DNA of 64,000 nt from the NCBI GenBank assembly GCA_009772935.1, contig WOUR01000015.1:36970-100969 (forward strand). Reading direction: 5' to 3'. This document shows positions 8,755-19,784 of the stretch, one piece after another. The notes beneath the pieces are model-generated. The model saw nothing but the letters and a program-made list of their open reading frames with translations. It was not told the DNA's origin and did not search any database. How positions within the stretch are numbered: position 1 is the first letter of the stretch; every line of letters starts with the position of its first letter. Made by a program: the position numbers and the translations under genes. Source of the stretch: Rhodospirillaceae bacterium. Its GTDB lineage: Bacteria > Pseudomonadota > Alphaproteobacteria > Reyranellales > Reyranellaceae.

Positions 8755-9690
8755 ATGCTCCTCGTCCTTGGCCGCCGCCTCGCCAACATCATCCCGACGA
8801 TGCTCGCCGTCGTGGCGCTCGTCTTCCTGCTCTTCTCCGTCCTGCCGGGCAGCTTCATCTCGGGCATGAACGAGGACGGACGCTCGACCATCGACCCCGC
8901 GGTCATGGAACGCATGCGCAAGGAGATGGGCCTCGACGACCCGCTGGTCGAGCGCTTCGCCAAGTACGTGGCCGCGACCGCCACGGGCGACCTCGGCACC
9001 TCGTTCCGCACCCGCGAGCCGGTCACCAAGATGCTGGCCGGGCGGATCTGGCCGTCGCTGAAGCTGGTCTTCGCGGCCATGACCTTCGCCATCCTGGTCG
9101 GCGTCACCCTGGGCTTCCTGGCCGCGCTCAAGCCCGGCAGCCTGATCGACACCGCCGCCATGGTCGGCGCCATATCGGGCCTCTCGCTCAGCCAGTTCTG
9201 GTTCGGCCTGATGCTGATGTACCTGTTCGCGCTGAAGCTCCAGTGGCTGCCGAGCTTCGGCTACGGCGATGGCGGCCTGCGCAACCTCATCCTGCCGGCC
9301 ATCGCGCTGGGCGTCGGGCCGATGGCCCTGCTTGCCCGCACCACGCGCGCCGCGGTGCTCGACGTGCTGAATGCCGACTTCGTCCGCACCGCGCGCAGCA
9401 AGGGCATGAGCGAGCGCCGGGTCGTCGAATGGCACGTGCTGCGCAACGCGCTGGTCCTCGTCATCACCATCGTCGGCCTGCAGTTCGGCTCGCTGATGGG
9501 CCAGGCGGTGGTCGTCGAGAAGCTGTTCGCCTGGCCGGGCGTCGGCTCGCTGATGGTCGACTCGGTGTTCCAGCGCGACATGCCGACGGTCCAAGGCTGC
9601 ATCCTGATGATCGTGCTGTTCTTCCTCGTCATCAACACGCTGGTCGACCTGGCCTACGTCGTGATCGACCCCCGGATCCGCTACCGATGA
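8755..9690 (+). CDS. ABC transporter permease (OppB/DppB-like)
   Basis: GDLGTSF, FVRTARSKG EAA-loop, HVLRNA, VVVEKLFAWPGVG. Confidence 0.92.
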   Translation: MLLVLGRRLANIIPTMLAVVALVFLLFSVLPGSFISGMNEDGRSTIDPAVMERMRKEMGLDDPLVERFAKYVAATATGDLGTSFRTREPVTKMLAGRIWPSLKLVFAAMTFAILVGVTLGFLAALKPGSLIDTAAMVGAISGLSLSQFWFGLMLMYLFALKLQWLPSFGYGDGGLRNLILPAIALGVGPMALLARTTRAAVLDVLNADFVRTARSKGMSERRVVEWHVLRNALVLVITIVGLQFGSLMGQAVVVEKLFAWPGVGSLMVDSVFQRDMPTVQGCILMIVLFFLVINTLVDLAYVVIDPRIRYR

Positions 9691-10541
9691 GCCTCGCCCT
9701 CAAGCTTCCCCGCCTGCGCCTGAAGGGCGGTACCTCCCTCTGGGTCGGTGGCGGGCTGGTGGCCATCGCCATTTCGTCGGCGATCCTGGCGCCGTGGATC
9801 GCGCTGACCGATCCCGTGCTCGACGCCAACCTGATGAACGCCGAACTCCCGCCGAGCTGGGAGTTTCCCTTCGGCACCGACGCGCAGGGCCGAGACATCT
9901 ACTCGCGCATCGTCTGGGGCGCCCGCGTGTCGCTGAGCGTCGGCATCATCAGCCAGATCTGCAACAGCCTGATCGGCGTCACCCTGGGTCTCACCGCGGG
10001 TTACTGGGGCGGCTGGTGGGACGATCTGGTGAGCGGCCTCACCAACCTGATGCTGGCGATCCCGTCGCTGGTCTTTGCATTGGCCATCATGGCGATCCTC
10101 GGGCCCGGCCTCGTCAGCCTGGTGATCGCACTCGGCCTCACCAGCTGGTCCTATTCCTGTCGCATCGCACGCGCCCAGGTCCTGTCGCTGAAGAGCCAGG
10201 GCTATATCCAGGCCGCGCGCATCCTGGGTTATGGCGACCTGCGCATCATGTTCACGCAGGTCCTGCCCAACATCCTCGGGCCGCTGATCGTGATCGCCAC
10301 CCTGGGCATGGGCGGCGCCATCCTGGCCGAAGCGGCGCTGTCCTTCCTCGGCCTCGGCATCCGCCCGCCCTTCCCGAGCTGGGGCAGCATGCTGTCGGAA
10401 GCGCGCGACCAGATCACGACGGCGCCCTGGCTCTCGGTGTTTCCGGGCCTCGCCATCTTCTTCACGGTGCTCGGCCTCAACCTGCTGGGCGACGGCCTGC
10501 GCGACTATCTCGACCCGCAGTCGACGACGCGGCGCGGATGA
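9687..10541 (+). CDS. ABC transporter permease (OppC/DppC-like)
   Basis: PFGTDAQGRDIYSRIVWGARVSL; EAALSFLGLG...PSWG; ATGA overlap with upstream stop. Confidence 0.92.
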   Translation: MSLALKLPRLRLKGGTSLWVGGGLVAIAISSAILAPWIALTDPVLDANLMNAELPPSWEFPFGTDAQGRDIYSRIVWGARVSLSVGIISQICNSLIGVTLGLTAGYWGGWWDDLVSGLTNLMLAIPSLVFALAIMAILGPGLVSLVIALGLTSWSYSCRIARAQVLSLKSQGYIQAARILGYGDLRIMFTQVLPNILGPLIVIATLGMGGAILAEAALSFLGLGIRPPFPSWGSMLSEARDQITTAPWLSVFPGLAIFFTVLGLNLLGDGLRDYLDPQSTTRRG

Positions 10542-10551
10542 GGCCACGCGC

Positions 10552-11529
10552 ATGACGACACCCCTCCTCAAGGTCGAGAACCTGCGCATCGCGCTGGCCG
10601 GCGACGGCGTCACCTACGATGCCGTCGAGAACGTCTCGTTCGAGATCGGCCGCGGCGAGGCCTTCGGGCTGGTGGGCGAATCGGGCTGCGGCAAGAGCAT
10701 CACGGCGCTGTCGGTGATGGGCCTGCTGCGCCGGCCGCTGTCGCTGGCCGGCGGCAAGATCATCCTCGACGGAGAGGAGATCCAGAACGTCTCCGCCGCC
10801 GAGATGCGCCGCCTGCGCGGCAAGCGTATCGCCATGATCTTCCAGGAGCCGATGACGGCGCTCAATCCGCTGTCGCCGGTCGGCCGGCAGATCGCTGAGA
10901 TGTTCGTGCTGCACCAGGGCGCCAACTGGAACGAGGCGATGGACCGCGCCGAGGATGCGCTGCGCCAGGTCCGCGTGCCCTCGCCCGAGCGGCGCATCAA
11001 GGATTATCCGCACCAGCTCTCGGGCGGCATGCGCCAGCGGGTGATGATCGCCATCGCGCTGGCCTGCGGTCCCGACCTGCTGGTCGCCGACGAGCCGACC
11101 ACGGCGCTCGACGTCACGGTGCAGGCCGAGATCATCGACCTGATGGCCGAACTCTGCGCCGCCAAGGGCACGGCCGTGCTGATGATCAGCCACGACCTCG
11201 GCCTGGTCGCCAACATGTGTCAGCGGGTCGCGGTAATGTATGCCGGCCGCATCGTCGAGAGCCAGGTGGCCGACGCGATCTTCGCCACGCCGACCCATCC
11301 CTATACCCAGGGCCTGATCGATTCCCTGCCGCGGCTCGGCGAACGCGCCCGTCGCGGTCGCCAGAAGCTGCGCGAGATCTCGGGCGTCGTGCCCTCGATC
11401 GCCAATTACCCGTCCGGTTGCCGGTTCAATCCGCGCTGCCCCGCCGTCACCGACGTCTGCCGCACCATCGTGCCCGAGGCCACGCCGTTGCCGGCCGACG
11501 GCCTCGTGAGGTGCCATCACCATGGCTGA
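10552..11529 (+). CDS. ABC transporter ATP-binding protein (OppD-like)
   Basis: [40 protein letters not shown]. Confidence 0.95.
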   Translation: MTTPLLKVENLRIALAGDGVTYDAVENVSFEIGRGEAFGLVGESGCGKSITALSVMGLLRRPLSLAGGKIILDGEEIQNVSAAEMRRLRGKRIAMIFQEPMTALNPLSPVGRQIAEMFVLHQGANWNEAMDRAEDALRQVRVPSPERRIKDYPHQLSGGMRQRVMIAIALACGPDLLVADEPTTALDVTVQAEIIDLMAELCAAKGTAVLMISHDLGLVANMCQRVAVMYAGRIVESQVADAIFATPTHPYTQGLIDSLPRLGERARRGRQKLREISGVVPSIANYPSGCRFNPRCPAVTDVCRTIVPEATPLPADGLVRCHHHG

Positions 11530-12499
11530 GTCCCTGCTTTCGCTCGACGACCTGGCCGTCCATTTCAAGGTCGGCAACGCGCTGGCCGGCGGCATCAAGA
11601 CCCTGAAGGCGGTCGACGGCGTCACGCTCGACGTGAAGCCCGGCGAGTGCCTGGGCCTGGTGGGCGAATCCGGCTGCGGCAAGTCCACGCTCGCGCTCGC
11701 CATCATGGGCCTGCTGCCGCCGACGCGCGGCACGATGAACGTCGACGGCCAGCAGATTTCCGGCGCCACGCCGCCCGACCGCATGAAGATGGCGCGCACG
11801 GTCCAGATGGTCTTCCAGGACCCCTACGCCTCGCTCAATCCCCGGCAGACGGTGCGCCGCACGCTCGCCGATCCGCTGCGCCTGCACGGCATCACCGACA
11901 AGGAAGAGGTCGAGGCGCGGGTCATCGACATGATGGCCAAGGTCGGCCTGCGCCCCGAACAGGCCGACCGCTACCCGCACGAATTCTCCGGCGGTCAGCG
12001 CCAGAGGATCGGCATTGCGCGCGCCCTGATCCTGAAGCCCAAGCTGGTGTTGTGCGACGAGCCGGTGTCGGCGCTCGACGTCTCGATCCGCGCCCAGATC
12101 ATCAACCTCCTGCTTGAGCTCAAGGACGAGATGGGGCTGGCCTACATCATGATCAGCCACGATCTCGGCGTGGTCGAGCATGTGAGCGACCGCGTGGCCG
12201 TCATGTATCTCGGCCGCATCGTCGAGCAGGGCGGCTGGCAGGAGATTTTCGAGAACCCGCGCCATCCCTATACGCGCGCGCTGATCGCCGCGATTCCCGA
12301 CCCGTTCCACCGCGCCGCCATCAGCGCCGATGCGAAGGCCCGCGGCGAGATCGCCAGCGCGCTCAATCCACCCCCCGGCTGCCATTTCAATCCGCGCTGT
12401 CCGCTGAAGACCGATATCTGCACAGCCGAATATCCCGCGTTCGGCGAAGTCTCGCCCGGCCATCGCGCGGCTTGTCATTTCCGCGAGAGGACTCAATGA
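11522..12499 (+). CDS. ABC transporter ATP-binding protein (OppF-like)
   Basis: [36 protein letters not shown]. Confidence 0.95.
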   Translation: MAESLLSLDDLAVHFKVGNALAGGIKTLKAVDGVTLDVKPGECLGLVGESGCGKSTLALAIMGLLPPTRGTMNVDGQQISGATPPDRMKMARTVQMVFQDPYASLNPRQTVRRTLADPLRLHGITDKEEVEARVIDMMAKVGLRPEQADRYPHEFSGGQRQRIGIARALILKPKLVLCDEPVSALDVSIRAQIINLLLELKDEMGLAYIMISHDLGVVEHVSDRVAVMYLGRIVEQGGWQEIFENPRHPYTRALIAAIPDPFHRAAISADAKARGEIASALNPPPGCHFNPRCPLKTDICTAEYPAFGEVSPGHRAACHFRERTQ

Positions 12500-12581
12500 A
12501 GAACGCGCCATTGCCGGCGCGTTCTTGCACAACTTAGAGCCTTTACGGGCAAGATCGAACCGAGCCGAGCATCCCCCCAGA

Positions 12582-12691
12582 CCTCACCCTGAGGAGCGAA
12601 CGCCGTAAGCGTCTCGAAGGGTGGGCACGCGCACCCCGTCTGTTGCCCATCCCTCGAGACGCCGTGCTGCGCACGGCTCCTCGGGATGAGG
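12582..12691. repeat. intergenic palindromic repeat (CCTCAxCCTGAGGAGC...TCTCGAAGG...CTCGAGAC...GCTCCTCGGGATGAGG type)
   Basis: Nested inverted repeats; resembles the element common between convergent genes in Rhizobiales. Confidence 0.8.
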
Positions 12692-12738
12692 TGAATGGTT
12701 CAATGTGAGACGGAAGGACTCCAGAGTTTACGCTTCGA

Positions 12739-13155
12739 TCATGACCCAATCGGAACGGTGCGACCTGCCGCTGTTCGCGTAAGGGTCTTGGGCCCGACGA
12801 ACCCGAATAGGGCCGATTTCCGGAACCGCATCAGCACATACATGTTGGTGAAGTGCATGATGCCCAGGAGCACGACAACGAGACCGATCTTCGTGCTGAG
12901 ATATTCGACGGCTTCCACAAGTCCGTCCGGTCGGCCGCCGTAGCGCAACATCAGCGTGATGAAGCCGACGTTGATGAGATAGAAGCCGACGAGCAGCAGA
13001 TGATTGACGCTGCGCGCAAGTTCTTCCCTGCCCTCGAAATTCTCCACCAGGAAAACCAACCCGTTCTTGCTGAGCGTGTTTCCGACCCAGACCGTGATGC
13101 CTAGGCTCAGCGCGACGTAGGCGGCGTAATAGGCCATGAAATACTGAATGGACAT
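12739..13155 (-). CDS. conserved hypothetical membrane protein (about 3 TM)
   Basis: Hydrophobic segments; SVNHLLLVGFYLINVG and KIGLVVVLLGIMHF motifs; GGAGA RBS. Confidence 0.7.
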   Translation of the reverse strand: MSIQYFMAYYAAYVALSLGITVWVGNTLSKNGLVFLVENFEGREELARSVNHLLLVGFYLINVGFITLMLRYGGRPDGLVEAVEYLSTKIGLVVVLLGIMHFTNMYVLMRFRKSALFGFVGPKTLTRTAAGRTVPIGS

Positions 13156-13180
13156 GATTGTCTCCCCTCTTCGCCTTGTG

Positions 13181-13246
13181 CTAATTAGAGAGTTAATTAG
13201 CGTATTAGCTAATTATTGATTATTAGCTAATTCGTCCACTAGCTAA
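13181..13246. promoter_or_regulatory. AT-rich divergent promoter with repeated palindromes (CTAATTAG; ATTAGCTAAT x2)
   Basis: ATTAGCTAAT at 13204-13213 and 13222-13231; CTAATTAG at 13181-13188. Confidence 0.6.
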
Positions 13247-13265
13247 ACAAAGGATCCGGCGGCGT

Positions 13266-13580
13266 ATGATCGACAAGGTTTTCGAGGCGCTCTCGTCCTC
13301 CGTGCGGCGCAAAATTCTCGCCTATCTGTCGTCTACGGACCTGACGGCCGGCGAGATCGCCGATCGTTTTGACATCTCGAAGCCCTCGATCTCCAAGCAC
13401 CTCGCCCTACTGGAAGGCGCCGGCCTGATCGCCAGTGAGAAGAAGGGCCAGTACGTCCATTATCGTCTCGTACGCGACAATCTCGCCAACACGCTGAACA
13501 GCTTTGTTCAGGAAGTGTGCCCGGTGTCACGCCCGCTAAAGAAAGAGAGCCAGCGCCTGGCGAAAGCAAAGGCCAGCTAG
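13266..13580 (+). CDS. ArsR/SmtB family repressor (SdpR-like)
   Basis: VFEALSSSVRRKILAYL...TAGEIADRFDISKPSISKHL..LEGAGLI. Confidence 0.9.
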   Translation: MIDKVFEALSSSVRRKILAYLSSTDLTAGEIADRFDISKPSISKHLALLEGAGLIASEKKGQYVHYRLVRDNLANTLNSFVQEVCPVSRPLKKESQRLAKAKAS

Positions 13581-13595
13581 CGCGAGCTCGCCGAC

Positions 13596-14813
13596 ATGAC
13601 TCCCCTCGACACCGATATCCTGCTCGACTGGATCGTTCGCCGCGGCCTCGACGGCCTGGACGAGGGCGAGCTGCTGCGCGAGTTCTGCGAGAAGTGCCGC
13701 GAAGCCGGCCTGATGGTGTCGCGCGCGCTCTCCTTCATCGACACGCTGCATCCCGTGCATGAAGGCCGCATCTACCGCTGGCGCGACGATTCGGTCGAGG
13801 AAGAGGCGGCCATGGACTATGCGCGCACCGACCAAGGCGGGCCCGCCGCCGAGTCCTGGCAGCGCAGCCCGTTCTTCCATCTGCTGCAGACCGGCGAGGA
13901 GGAGCTGCGCCGCCGCATCGGCTTCGGCGAGGATCCTGGCTTCAGCGTCATCCAGGAGATGAAGGACCTCGGGCACACCGATTACATCGTCTTCATCCAC
14001 CGCTTTGCCGGCGACACCAAGATCGGCGACATGGACGGAGTCTATTCGGCCTGGTCGACGCGCCATTCCGAGGGCTTCAGCGATGCCAACATCGCAGCCC
14101 TGCGCCGCCTGGTGCCGGCGCTGGCGCTCGCCCTCAAGAGCGCGGCCCTGGCGCGCATCGCCGATACGCTGGTCCGGGTCTATCTCGGACGCGACGCTGG
14201 CCGGCGCGTGCTGGAGGGCAGCATCCAGCGCGGCGTCGCCGACCGGGTCGAGGCGGCGCTGTGGTTCTCCGACCTGCGCAGCTACACCGCCATCACCGAC
14301 ACCGCGAAACCCAGCGAGATCATCCCGCTCCTGAACGACTATGCCGAGGCGGTGATCACCTCTATCCATGAGGCCGGCGGCGACGTGCTAAAGCTGATCG
14401 GCGACGGCACGCTCGCGGTCTTCCGCGCCGACGATCCGGCCGAGGCCTGCCGGTGCGCGCTGCGGGCCGAGGAGAATTTGCGAGTCCGGATGACGGAGCT
14501 GAACGAACGTCGTCTCGCCGCGGAGCAGCCGGTTACGACGGCCTATATCGGCCTGCATATCGGCGAGGTCTTCTACGGCAATATCGGCAGTTTCGACCGC
14601 CTCGACTTCACCGTCGTAGGGCCGGCGGTCAACGAGACCAGCCGCATCGCCTCGATGTGCCGCTCTGTCGACCGGCCGGTCCTCGTCTCCTCGACATTCG
14701 CCGATGCGCTTCCTGCGGGGGAACGCGCCCGTCTTGTTTCCGTCGGCCGCTTCGCCCTGCGCGGCGTCGGCAAGGCGCAGCATCTGTTCACCATCGATCC
14801 GGAGCTGCTCTGA
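13596..14813 (+). CDS. class III adenylate/guanylate cyclase domain protein
   Basis: FSDLRSYT, LKLIGDGTLAVF, GLHIGEVFYGNIGS, FTVVGPAVNETSRI. Confidence 0.88.
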   Translation: MTPLDTDILLDWIVRRGLDGLDEGELLREFCEKCREAGLMVSRALSFIDTLHPVHEGRIYRWRDDSVEEEAAMDYARTDQGGPAAESWQRSPFFHLLQTGEEELRRRIGFGEDPGFSVIQEMKDLGHTDYIVFIHRFAGDTKIGDMDGVYSAWSTRHSEGFSDANIAALRRLVPALALALKSAALARIADTLVRVYLGRDAGRRVLEGSIQRGVADRVEAALWFSDLRSYTAITDTAKPSEIIPLLNDYAEAVITSIHEAGGDVLKLIGDGTLAVFRADDPAEACRCALRAEENLRVRMTELNERRLAAEQPVTTAYIGLHIGEVFYGNIGSFDRLDFTVVGPAVNETSRIASMCRSVDRPVLVSSTFADALPAGERARLVSVGRFALRGVGKAQHLFTIDPELL

Positions 14814-14880
14814 CCCCTGACATGGTTGCCGATGGCACGGACGCTGCTACGTTCGCGGCCTGACCCAAGAGGAGCAGCCC

Positions 14881-15363
14881 ATGGCCAAGACACCCGCCAT
14901 CTCGATCGGCATCAAGGAAGCGGACCGCAAGAAAATCGCCGAGGGTCTCAGCCACCTGCTGGCCGACACATATACGCTCTATCTCACGACCCACAATTTC
15001 CACTGGAACGTCACCGGACCGATGTTCACGTCGCTCCACACGATGTTCATGACCCAATACACCGAGCTCTGGAACGCGGTCGATCCGATCGCCGAGCGCA
15101 TCCGCTCGCTGGGCTATCCGGCTCCCGGCTCCTACGGCCAGTTCGGCAAGCTGAGCTCACTCGCCGACGCGCCGGCCAAGCCGCCGAAGGCGCTCGAGAT
15201 GGTGAGCATCCTCGTCACCGGCCACGAGGCGGTGGCGCGCACCGCCCGCGGCATCTTCCCGGTGGCCGAGAAGGCCGGCGACGAGCCGACGGCGGATCTG
15301 CTGACCCAGCGCCTCACCGTGCACGAACAGTCGGCCTGGATGCTGCGCTCACTGCTCGAATAG
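14881..15363 (+). CDS. dps: DNA starvation/stationary-phase protection protein Dps
   Basis: [20 protein letters not shown]...[14 protein letters not shown]; [10 protein letters not shown]. Confidence 0.95.
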   Translation: MAKTPAISIGIKEADRKKIAEGLSHLLADTYTLYLTTHNFHWNVTGPMFTSLHTMFMTQYTELWNAVDPIAERIRSLGYPAPGSYGQFGKLSSLADAPAKPPKALEMVSILVTGHEAVARTARGIFPVAEKAGDEPTADLLTQRLTVHEQSAWMLRSLLE

Positions 15364-15492
15364 CACTCGACAGGCGAGATCAGATCTCGCTCGGAAAAAT
15401 TCCGGATCCCGGCTTGCGCAGCATCCCTGCAGATGCCTACGATGACGGCAATACAAAGCCGTCCCGTGAGGCGGCAGTCCCGGGAGGACAAC

Positions 15493-16812
15493 ATGGCCAA
15501 GACTAAGCGTCGTAGCGTGCTTAAGCTTGCTGGCGGCGCTGCCGCTGCGTCCATGGGCGGCATGGCCGCCATTCTGGCAACGGGCCGCATGCCGGCCTTT
15601 GCCCAGCAGAGGACGGTCCACTGGCTGAAGTGGGTCGACTTCGTCCCGGCGTCCGACGCCCTTCTCCGCAAGGAGATGCTGCCGGAGGCCGAGAAGGCGC
15701 TGGGCATCAAGATCAATCTGGAAACGGTGAACGGCAACGATCTGCAGCCGCGGGTGACCGCGGGCATCCAGTCGGGCGCCGGTCCCGACCTGATCATGGC
15801 CTTCAACAACCAGACCTATCTCTATGCCAACAGCGTGGTCGATCTGACCGAGATCGCCGAAGCCGTCGGCAAGGCGCAGGGCGGCATGTACAAGTACGCC
15901 CGCGCGGTCTGCAGCGACGGCAAGATGTTCATGGGCATGCCCTGGGCGGTGATCGGCGGCATGATCGCCTATCGCAAGTCGTGGTTCGAGGAAGTCGGCG
16001 CCACCAAGTTCCCCGAGACCTGGGAGCAGTACCGCGAGGTCGGCAAGAAGCTGAAGGCCAAGGGCCGGCCGATCGGCCAGACGCTCGGCCACACGTTCGG
16101 CGACGCGCCGGGCTTCACCTATCCCTACCTCTGGTCGTGGGGCGGCATGGAGGTCGATCCCTCCGGCAAGGTGATCATGAACAGCAAGGAGACGCTGGAA
16201 TCGGTGAAGTTCATGCAGGCCTTCTGGAAGGACGCACATGACGAGGGCGGGCTCGCCTGGGACGACACCAACAACAACCGCGCCTTCCTGTCACAAACGA
16301 TCTCCGCCACCCTGAATGGCGCGTCGATCTATATCGAGACGCTGCGCAAGCCCACCCAGTACAAGACCGAGAAGGGCGCGCCGATGCACACCGACATCCT
16401 GCATTCGCCGCTGCCCAAGGGACCGGCGGGTCAGTTCGGATTTCACCTGCTGCAGTCGCACATGCTGATGAAGTACTCGAAGAACCAGGACCCCGCGAAG
16501 GAGTTCCTGAAGTGGATCCACACCGAGAAGAACTTCGAGAAGTGGTTCGTCTCGCAGAAGGGATTCGCCACGCCCTGCACGGAAAAGTGGGAAGGTCACA
16601 AGGTCTGGTCCGACGACCCCGTCATGGCGCCCTTCAAGGTCGCGGCCAAGCTCGGTCAGGCGCCGGGCCATGCCGGGCCGCCGAATGCCAAGGCTGCGGA
16701 AGCCCTCTCGAAGTACATCGTCACCGACATGTACGCGAAGGCCGTCCAGGGCATGCCCGCCGAGGACGCCGTGAAGTGGGCCGACGCCGAACTCAAGAAG
16801 ATCTACGGCTGA
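15493..16812 (+). CDS. carbohydrate ABC transporter substrate-binding protein with Tat signal
   Basis: KRRSVLK twin-arginine leader; GPDL, PETWE, WDD..NN.AF; GGAGG RBS before ATG 15493. Confidence 0.88.
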   Translation: MAKTKRRSVLKLAGGAAAASMGGMAAILATGRMPAFAQQRTVHWLKWVDFVPASDALLRKEMLPEAEKALGIKINLETVNGNDLQPRVTAGIQSGAGPDLIMAFNNQTYLYANSVVDLTEIAEAVGKAQGGMYKYARAVCSDGKMFMGMPWAVIGGMIAYRKSWFEEVGATKFPETWEQYREVGKKLKAKGRPIGQTLGHTFGDAPGFTYPYLWSWGGMEVDPSGKVIMNSKETLESVKFMQAFWKDAHDEGGLAWDDTNNNRAFLSQTISATLNGASIYIETLRKPTQYKTEKGAPMHTDILHSPLPKGPAGQFGFHLLQSHMLMKYSKNQDPAKEFLKWIHTEKNFEKWFVSQKGFATPCTEKWEGHKVWSDDPVMAPFKVAAKLGQAPGHAGPPNAKAAEALSKYIVTDMYAKAVQGMPAEDAVKWADAELKKIYG

Positions 16813-16840
16813 TCCCGGCCCGGCACACGGCGTCCGGATC

Positions 16841-17767
16841 ATGGCTGTGACCGCACTCGCGACCGCGGAGGGCAAGCGTCCCTCCCGGCTGCGACGCCTC
16901 GAGGACGAGCGCTGGCTGGCGCTCGCCCTTCTCACGCCGACGGCCGTGCTGCTCGGGTTGTTCATCGCCTATCCCTTTTTCGAGGGCGTGATGCTGTCGC
17001 TCAGCAGCACCCGCGTGGGCGAGCCTGGCCATTTCGTCGGACTGAAGAATTTCCACAAGATCTGGAACGACAGCATCTTCCACACGACCATGTGGAACAC
17101 GTTCTGGTACACGGGCGTGACGACGGTGTTCAAGCTGGCACTGGGTCTGTGGCTGGCGCTGCTGCTCAACCGGCATTTCAGGGGCAAGGCGATCATCCGC
17201 GCCTTCATCCTGCTGCCCTTCATTATCCCGACGGTGCTGTCGACCTTCGCCTGGAAGTGGATGTTCGACCCGACCTTCAGCGTCATCAACTGGACGCTGT
17301 TCCAGCTGGGCCTGATCACCGCCCGCATCAACTGGCTGGGCGATCCCGACCTCGCGATGACGTCGATCATCGTGATCAACGTCTGGCGCGGCGTGCCGTT
17401 CTTCGCGATCACCCTGCTGGCCGGCCTGCAGACCATCAGCCCGGAGCTCCACGAGGCCGCGGCCATCGACGGCGCGCGGCCCTGGTCGCGCTTCTGGCAC
17501 GTCACCTGGCCGCTGCTCATGCCGGTGACGCTGGTGGTGGTGCTGTTTTCGGTGATCCAGACCTTCGCCGACTTCCAGCTCGTCTACGTCATGACCGGCG
17601 GCGGCCCGGCAAACGCCACCCACCTGTTCGCCACCTATGCCTACCAGCTCGGTATCGGAACCGGCTTGCTGGCCGAGGGCGCGGCGATCTCGCTCGCGAT
17701 GTTCCCCTTCCTCTTCATCATCGTGGTGGTGCAGCTCCTCTACATTCGCCGGGTGGAAACCAGATGA
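16841..17767 (+). CDS. carbohydrate ABC transporter permease
   Basis: ELHEAAAIDGA EAA motif; multiple TM segments. Confidence 0.92.
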   Translation: MAVTALATAEGKRPSRLRRLEDERWLALALLTPTAVLLGLFIAYPFFEGVMLSLSSTRVGEPGHFVGLKNFHKIWNDSIFHTTMWNTFWYTGVTTVFKLALGLWLALLLNRHFRGKAIIRAFILLPFIIPTVLSTFAWKWMFDPTFSVINWTLFQLGLITARINWLGDPDLAMTSIIVINVWRGVPFFAITLLAGLQTISPELHEAAAIDGARPWSRFWHVTWPLLMPVTLVVVLFSVIQTFADFQLVYVMTGGGPANATHLFATYAYQLGIGTGLLAEGAAISLAMFPFLFIIVVVQLLYIRRVETR

Positions 17768-17783
17768 GCCGGGAGACCCGCTG

Positions 17784-18635
17784 ATGATCGAAGGCGCACT
17801 GTGGCGGCGATGGGTCTTCTACAACATCCCGCTGATCCTGTTCGTGTTCGTCCTGCTGTTCCCGTTCTACTGGATGATCATCACGACCTTCCGGCCGGAC
17901 GGCGAGCTCTATCGGCCGTGGAACGCCGTCAACTACATGCCGTTCTGGACCAACGATCCTACCCTCGAACACATCCTTTATCTGTTCGAGGAGACCAACT
18001 TCATGCGCTGGATGTTCAACACGATGTTCATCGCGCTTGTGTCGACGGTGATCTCGCTATTCTGCGGCGTGCTGGCGGGCTATGCGCTGGCCCGCCTCAA
18101 CTTTCCCTACGCCGGGGGTCTCGGCACCGCGATCTTCGTCACCTACCTGGTGCCGCAGACGCTGCTTTTCATCCCCCTGGCGGAGATCATCCGCAACTTC
18201 CAGCTCGGCGACACGCCCTGGTCGCTGATCCTGACCTATCCGACCTTCCTCATCCCGTTCTGCACGTGGCTGATGATGGGCTACTTCAAGGCCATCCCGA
18301 AGGAACTGGAGGAGTGCGCGCGCATCGACGGCGCGTCGCGCTGGAAGGCGATGGTCTACATCGTCATCCCGGTCGCCGTGCCCGGTATCCTGTCCTCGGG
18401 CATCATCGCTTTCACGCTCTCGTGGAACGAGTTCATCTATGCCCTCGTCTTCCTCTCCTCGCCTGACCAGAAGACCGTCCCCGTCGGCGTCACCTCGGAA
18501 CTGATCCGTGGTGACGTGTTCTTCTGGGGGCCATTGATGGCCGGCGCCCTGCTGGGCTCGATCCCGGTGGCGATCGTCTATTCATTCTTCGTCGAACATT
18601 ACGTCTCGGGCCTGACCGGGTCGGTGAAGGGGTAG
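17784..18635 (+). CDS. carbohydrate ABC transporter permease
   Basis: IPKELEECARIDGA, FTLSWNEF; start MIEGALW at 17784. Confidence 0.9.
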   Translation: MIEGALWRRWVFYNIPLILFVFVLLFPFYWMIITTFRPDGELYRPWNAVNYMPFWTNDPTLEHILYLFEETNFMRWMFNTMFIALVSTVISLFCGVLAGYALARLNFPYAGGLGTAIFVTYLVPQTLLFIPLAEIIRNFQLGDTPWSLILTYPTFLIPFCTWLMMGYFKAIPKELEECARIDGASRWKAMVYIVIPVAVPGILSSGIIAFTLSWNEFIYALVFLSSPDQKTVPVGVTSELIRGDVFFWGPLMAGALLGSIPVAIVYSFFVEHYVSGLTGSVKG

Positions 18636-18641
18636 CGCGTC

Positions 18642-19733
18642 ATGGCCGAGGTCAGCATCCGCAAGCTCAACAAGATGTTCGACGTCACCCATGTGGTGAA
18701 GGACGTCGACCTCGAGATCCGCGACAAGGAGTTCGTCGTGCTGGTCGGGCCCTCCGGCTGCGGCAAGACCACGACCCTGCGCATGGTGGCCGGTCTCGAG
18801 GCCATCACCTCGGGCCAGATCCTGATCGACGATTCGGTGGTGAACGAGGTGCCGCCGATGGATCGCGACATCGCCATGGTGTTCCAGAACTACGCGCTCT
18901 ATCCGCACATGAGCGTCGCCGGCAACATGGCGTTCGGCCTGAAGATGCGGAAGTTCGCCAAGCCGGAGATCGAGACGCGCATCAAGCGCGCCGCCGCCAT
19001 CCTCGGCATCGAGAATCTTCTGGAACGCAAGCCGCGCCAGCTCTCCGGCGGTCAACGCCAGAGGGTTGCGCTGGGCCGCGCGATCGTGCGCGACCCCAAG
19101 GTCTTCCTGTTCGACGAGCCGCTCTCCAACCTCGACGCCAAGCTGCGCGTGCAGATGCGGGTGGAGTTGAAGAAGCTGCATGAGCGGCTGGGCACGACGG
19201 CGATCTACGTCACCCACGATCAGGTCGAGGCGATGACCCTGGGCGACAGGGTGGTGGTGATGAAGGACGGCTGGGTCCAGCAGGTCGGCGAGCCGCTCGA
19301 ACTCTACAACACCCCGGCCAACCGCTTCGTCGCGGGTTTCATCGGTTCCCCGGCGATGAACTTCATCGAGGCGACTCTCGGCGAGAGCAACGGCGCCGTG
19401 GTGGCCGAGGCGCCCGGCCTGCGCCTCTCCCTGCCTGGCCCGCTCGCCGCACGGGCCCGCGCCAAGGCCGGGCGCGCCATCACCCTCGGCATCCGTCCGG
19501 AGGATGTTCACGTCGCCACGGACTCCGATCCAGTCGACCTCTGCTTCGACGTCATCGTCGAGGTCGTGGAACAGCTCGGCTCCGAAATCCTCCTCGATAC
19601 CCGGGTCGGCCCCGCGACTGTGGTCGCCAGCGTCGAGCCCACGATGCGCATCCGCAGCAACGAGAGGCTGCGCATGTCCCTCAAGCCGGAGCGCCTGCAC
19701 CTGTTCGACGCCGAGACCGAAGCGGCGATTTAG
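18642..19733 (+). CDS. MalK/UgpC-like ABC ATP-binding protein
   Basis: [51 protein letters not shown]. Confidence 0.95.
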   Translation: MAEVSIRKLNKMFDVTHVVKDVDLEIRDKEFVVLVGPSGCGKTTTLRMVAGLEAITSGQILIDDSVVNEVPPMDRDIAMVFQNYALYPHMSVAGNMAFGLKMRKFAKPEIETRIKRAAAILGIENLLERKPRQLSGGQRQRVALGRAIVRDPKVFLFDEPLSNLDAKLRVQMRVELKKLHERLGTTAIYVTHDQVEAMTLGDRVVVMKDGWVQQVGEPLELYNTPANRFVAGFIGSPAMNFIEATLGESNGAVVAEAPGLRLSLPGPLAARARAKAGRAITLGIRPEDVHVATDSDPVDLCFDVIVEVVEQLGSEILLDTRVGPATVVASVEPTMRIRSNERLRMSLKPERLHLFDAETEAAI

Positions 19734-19784
19734 AAGCCACTCCGCTCAGGACGGCGGCACTTTTCGTGACGGGTTCAATGCGCT

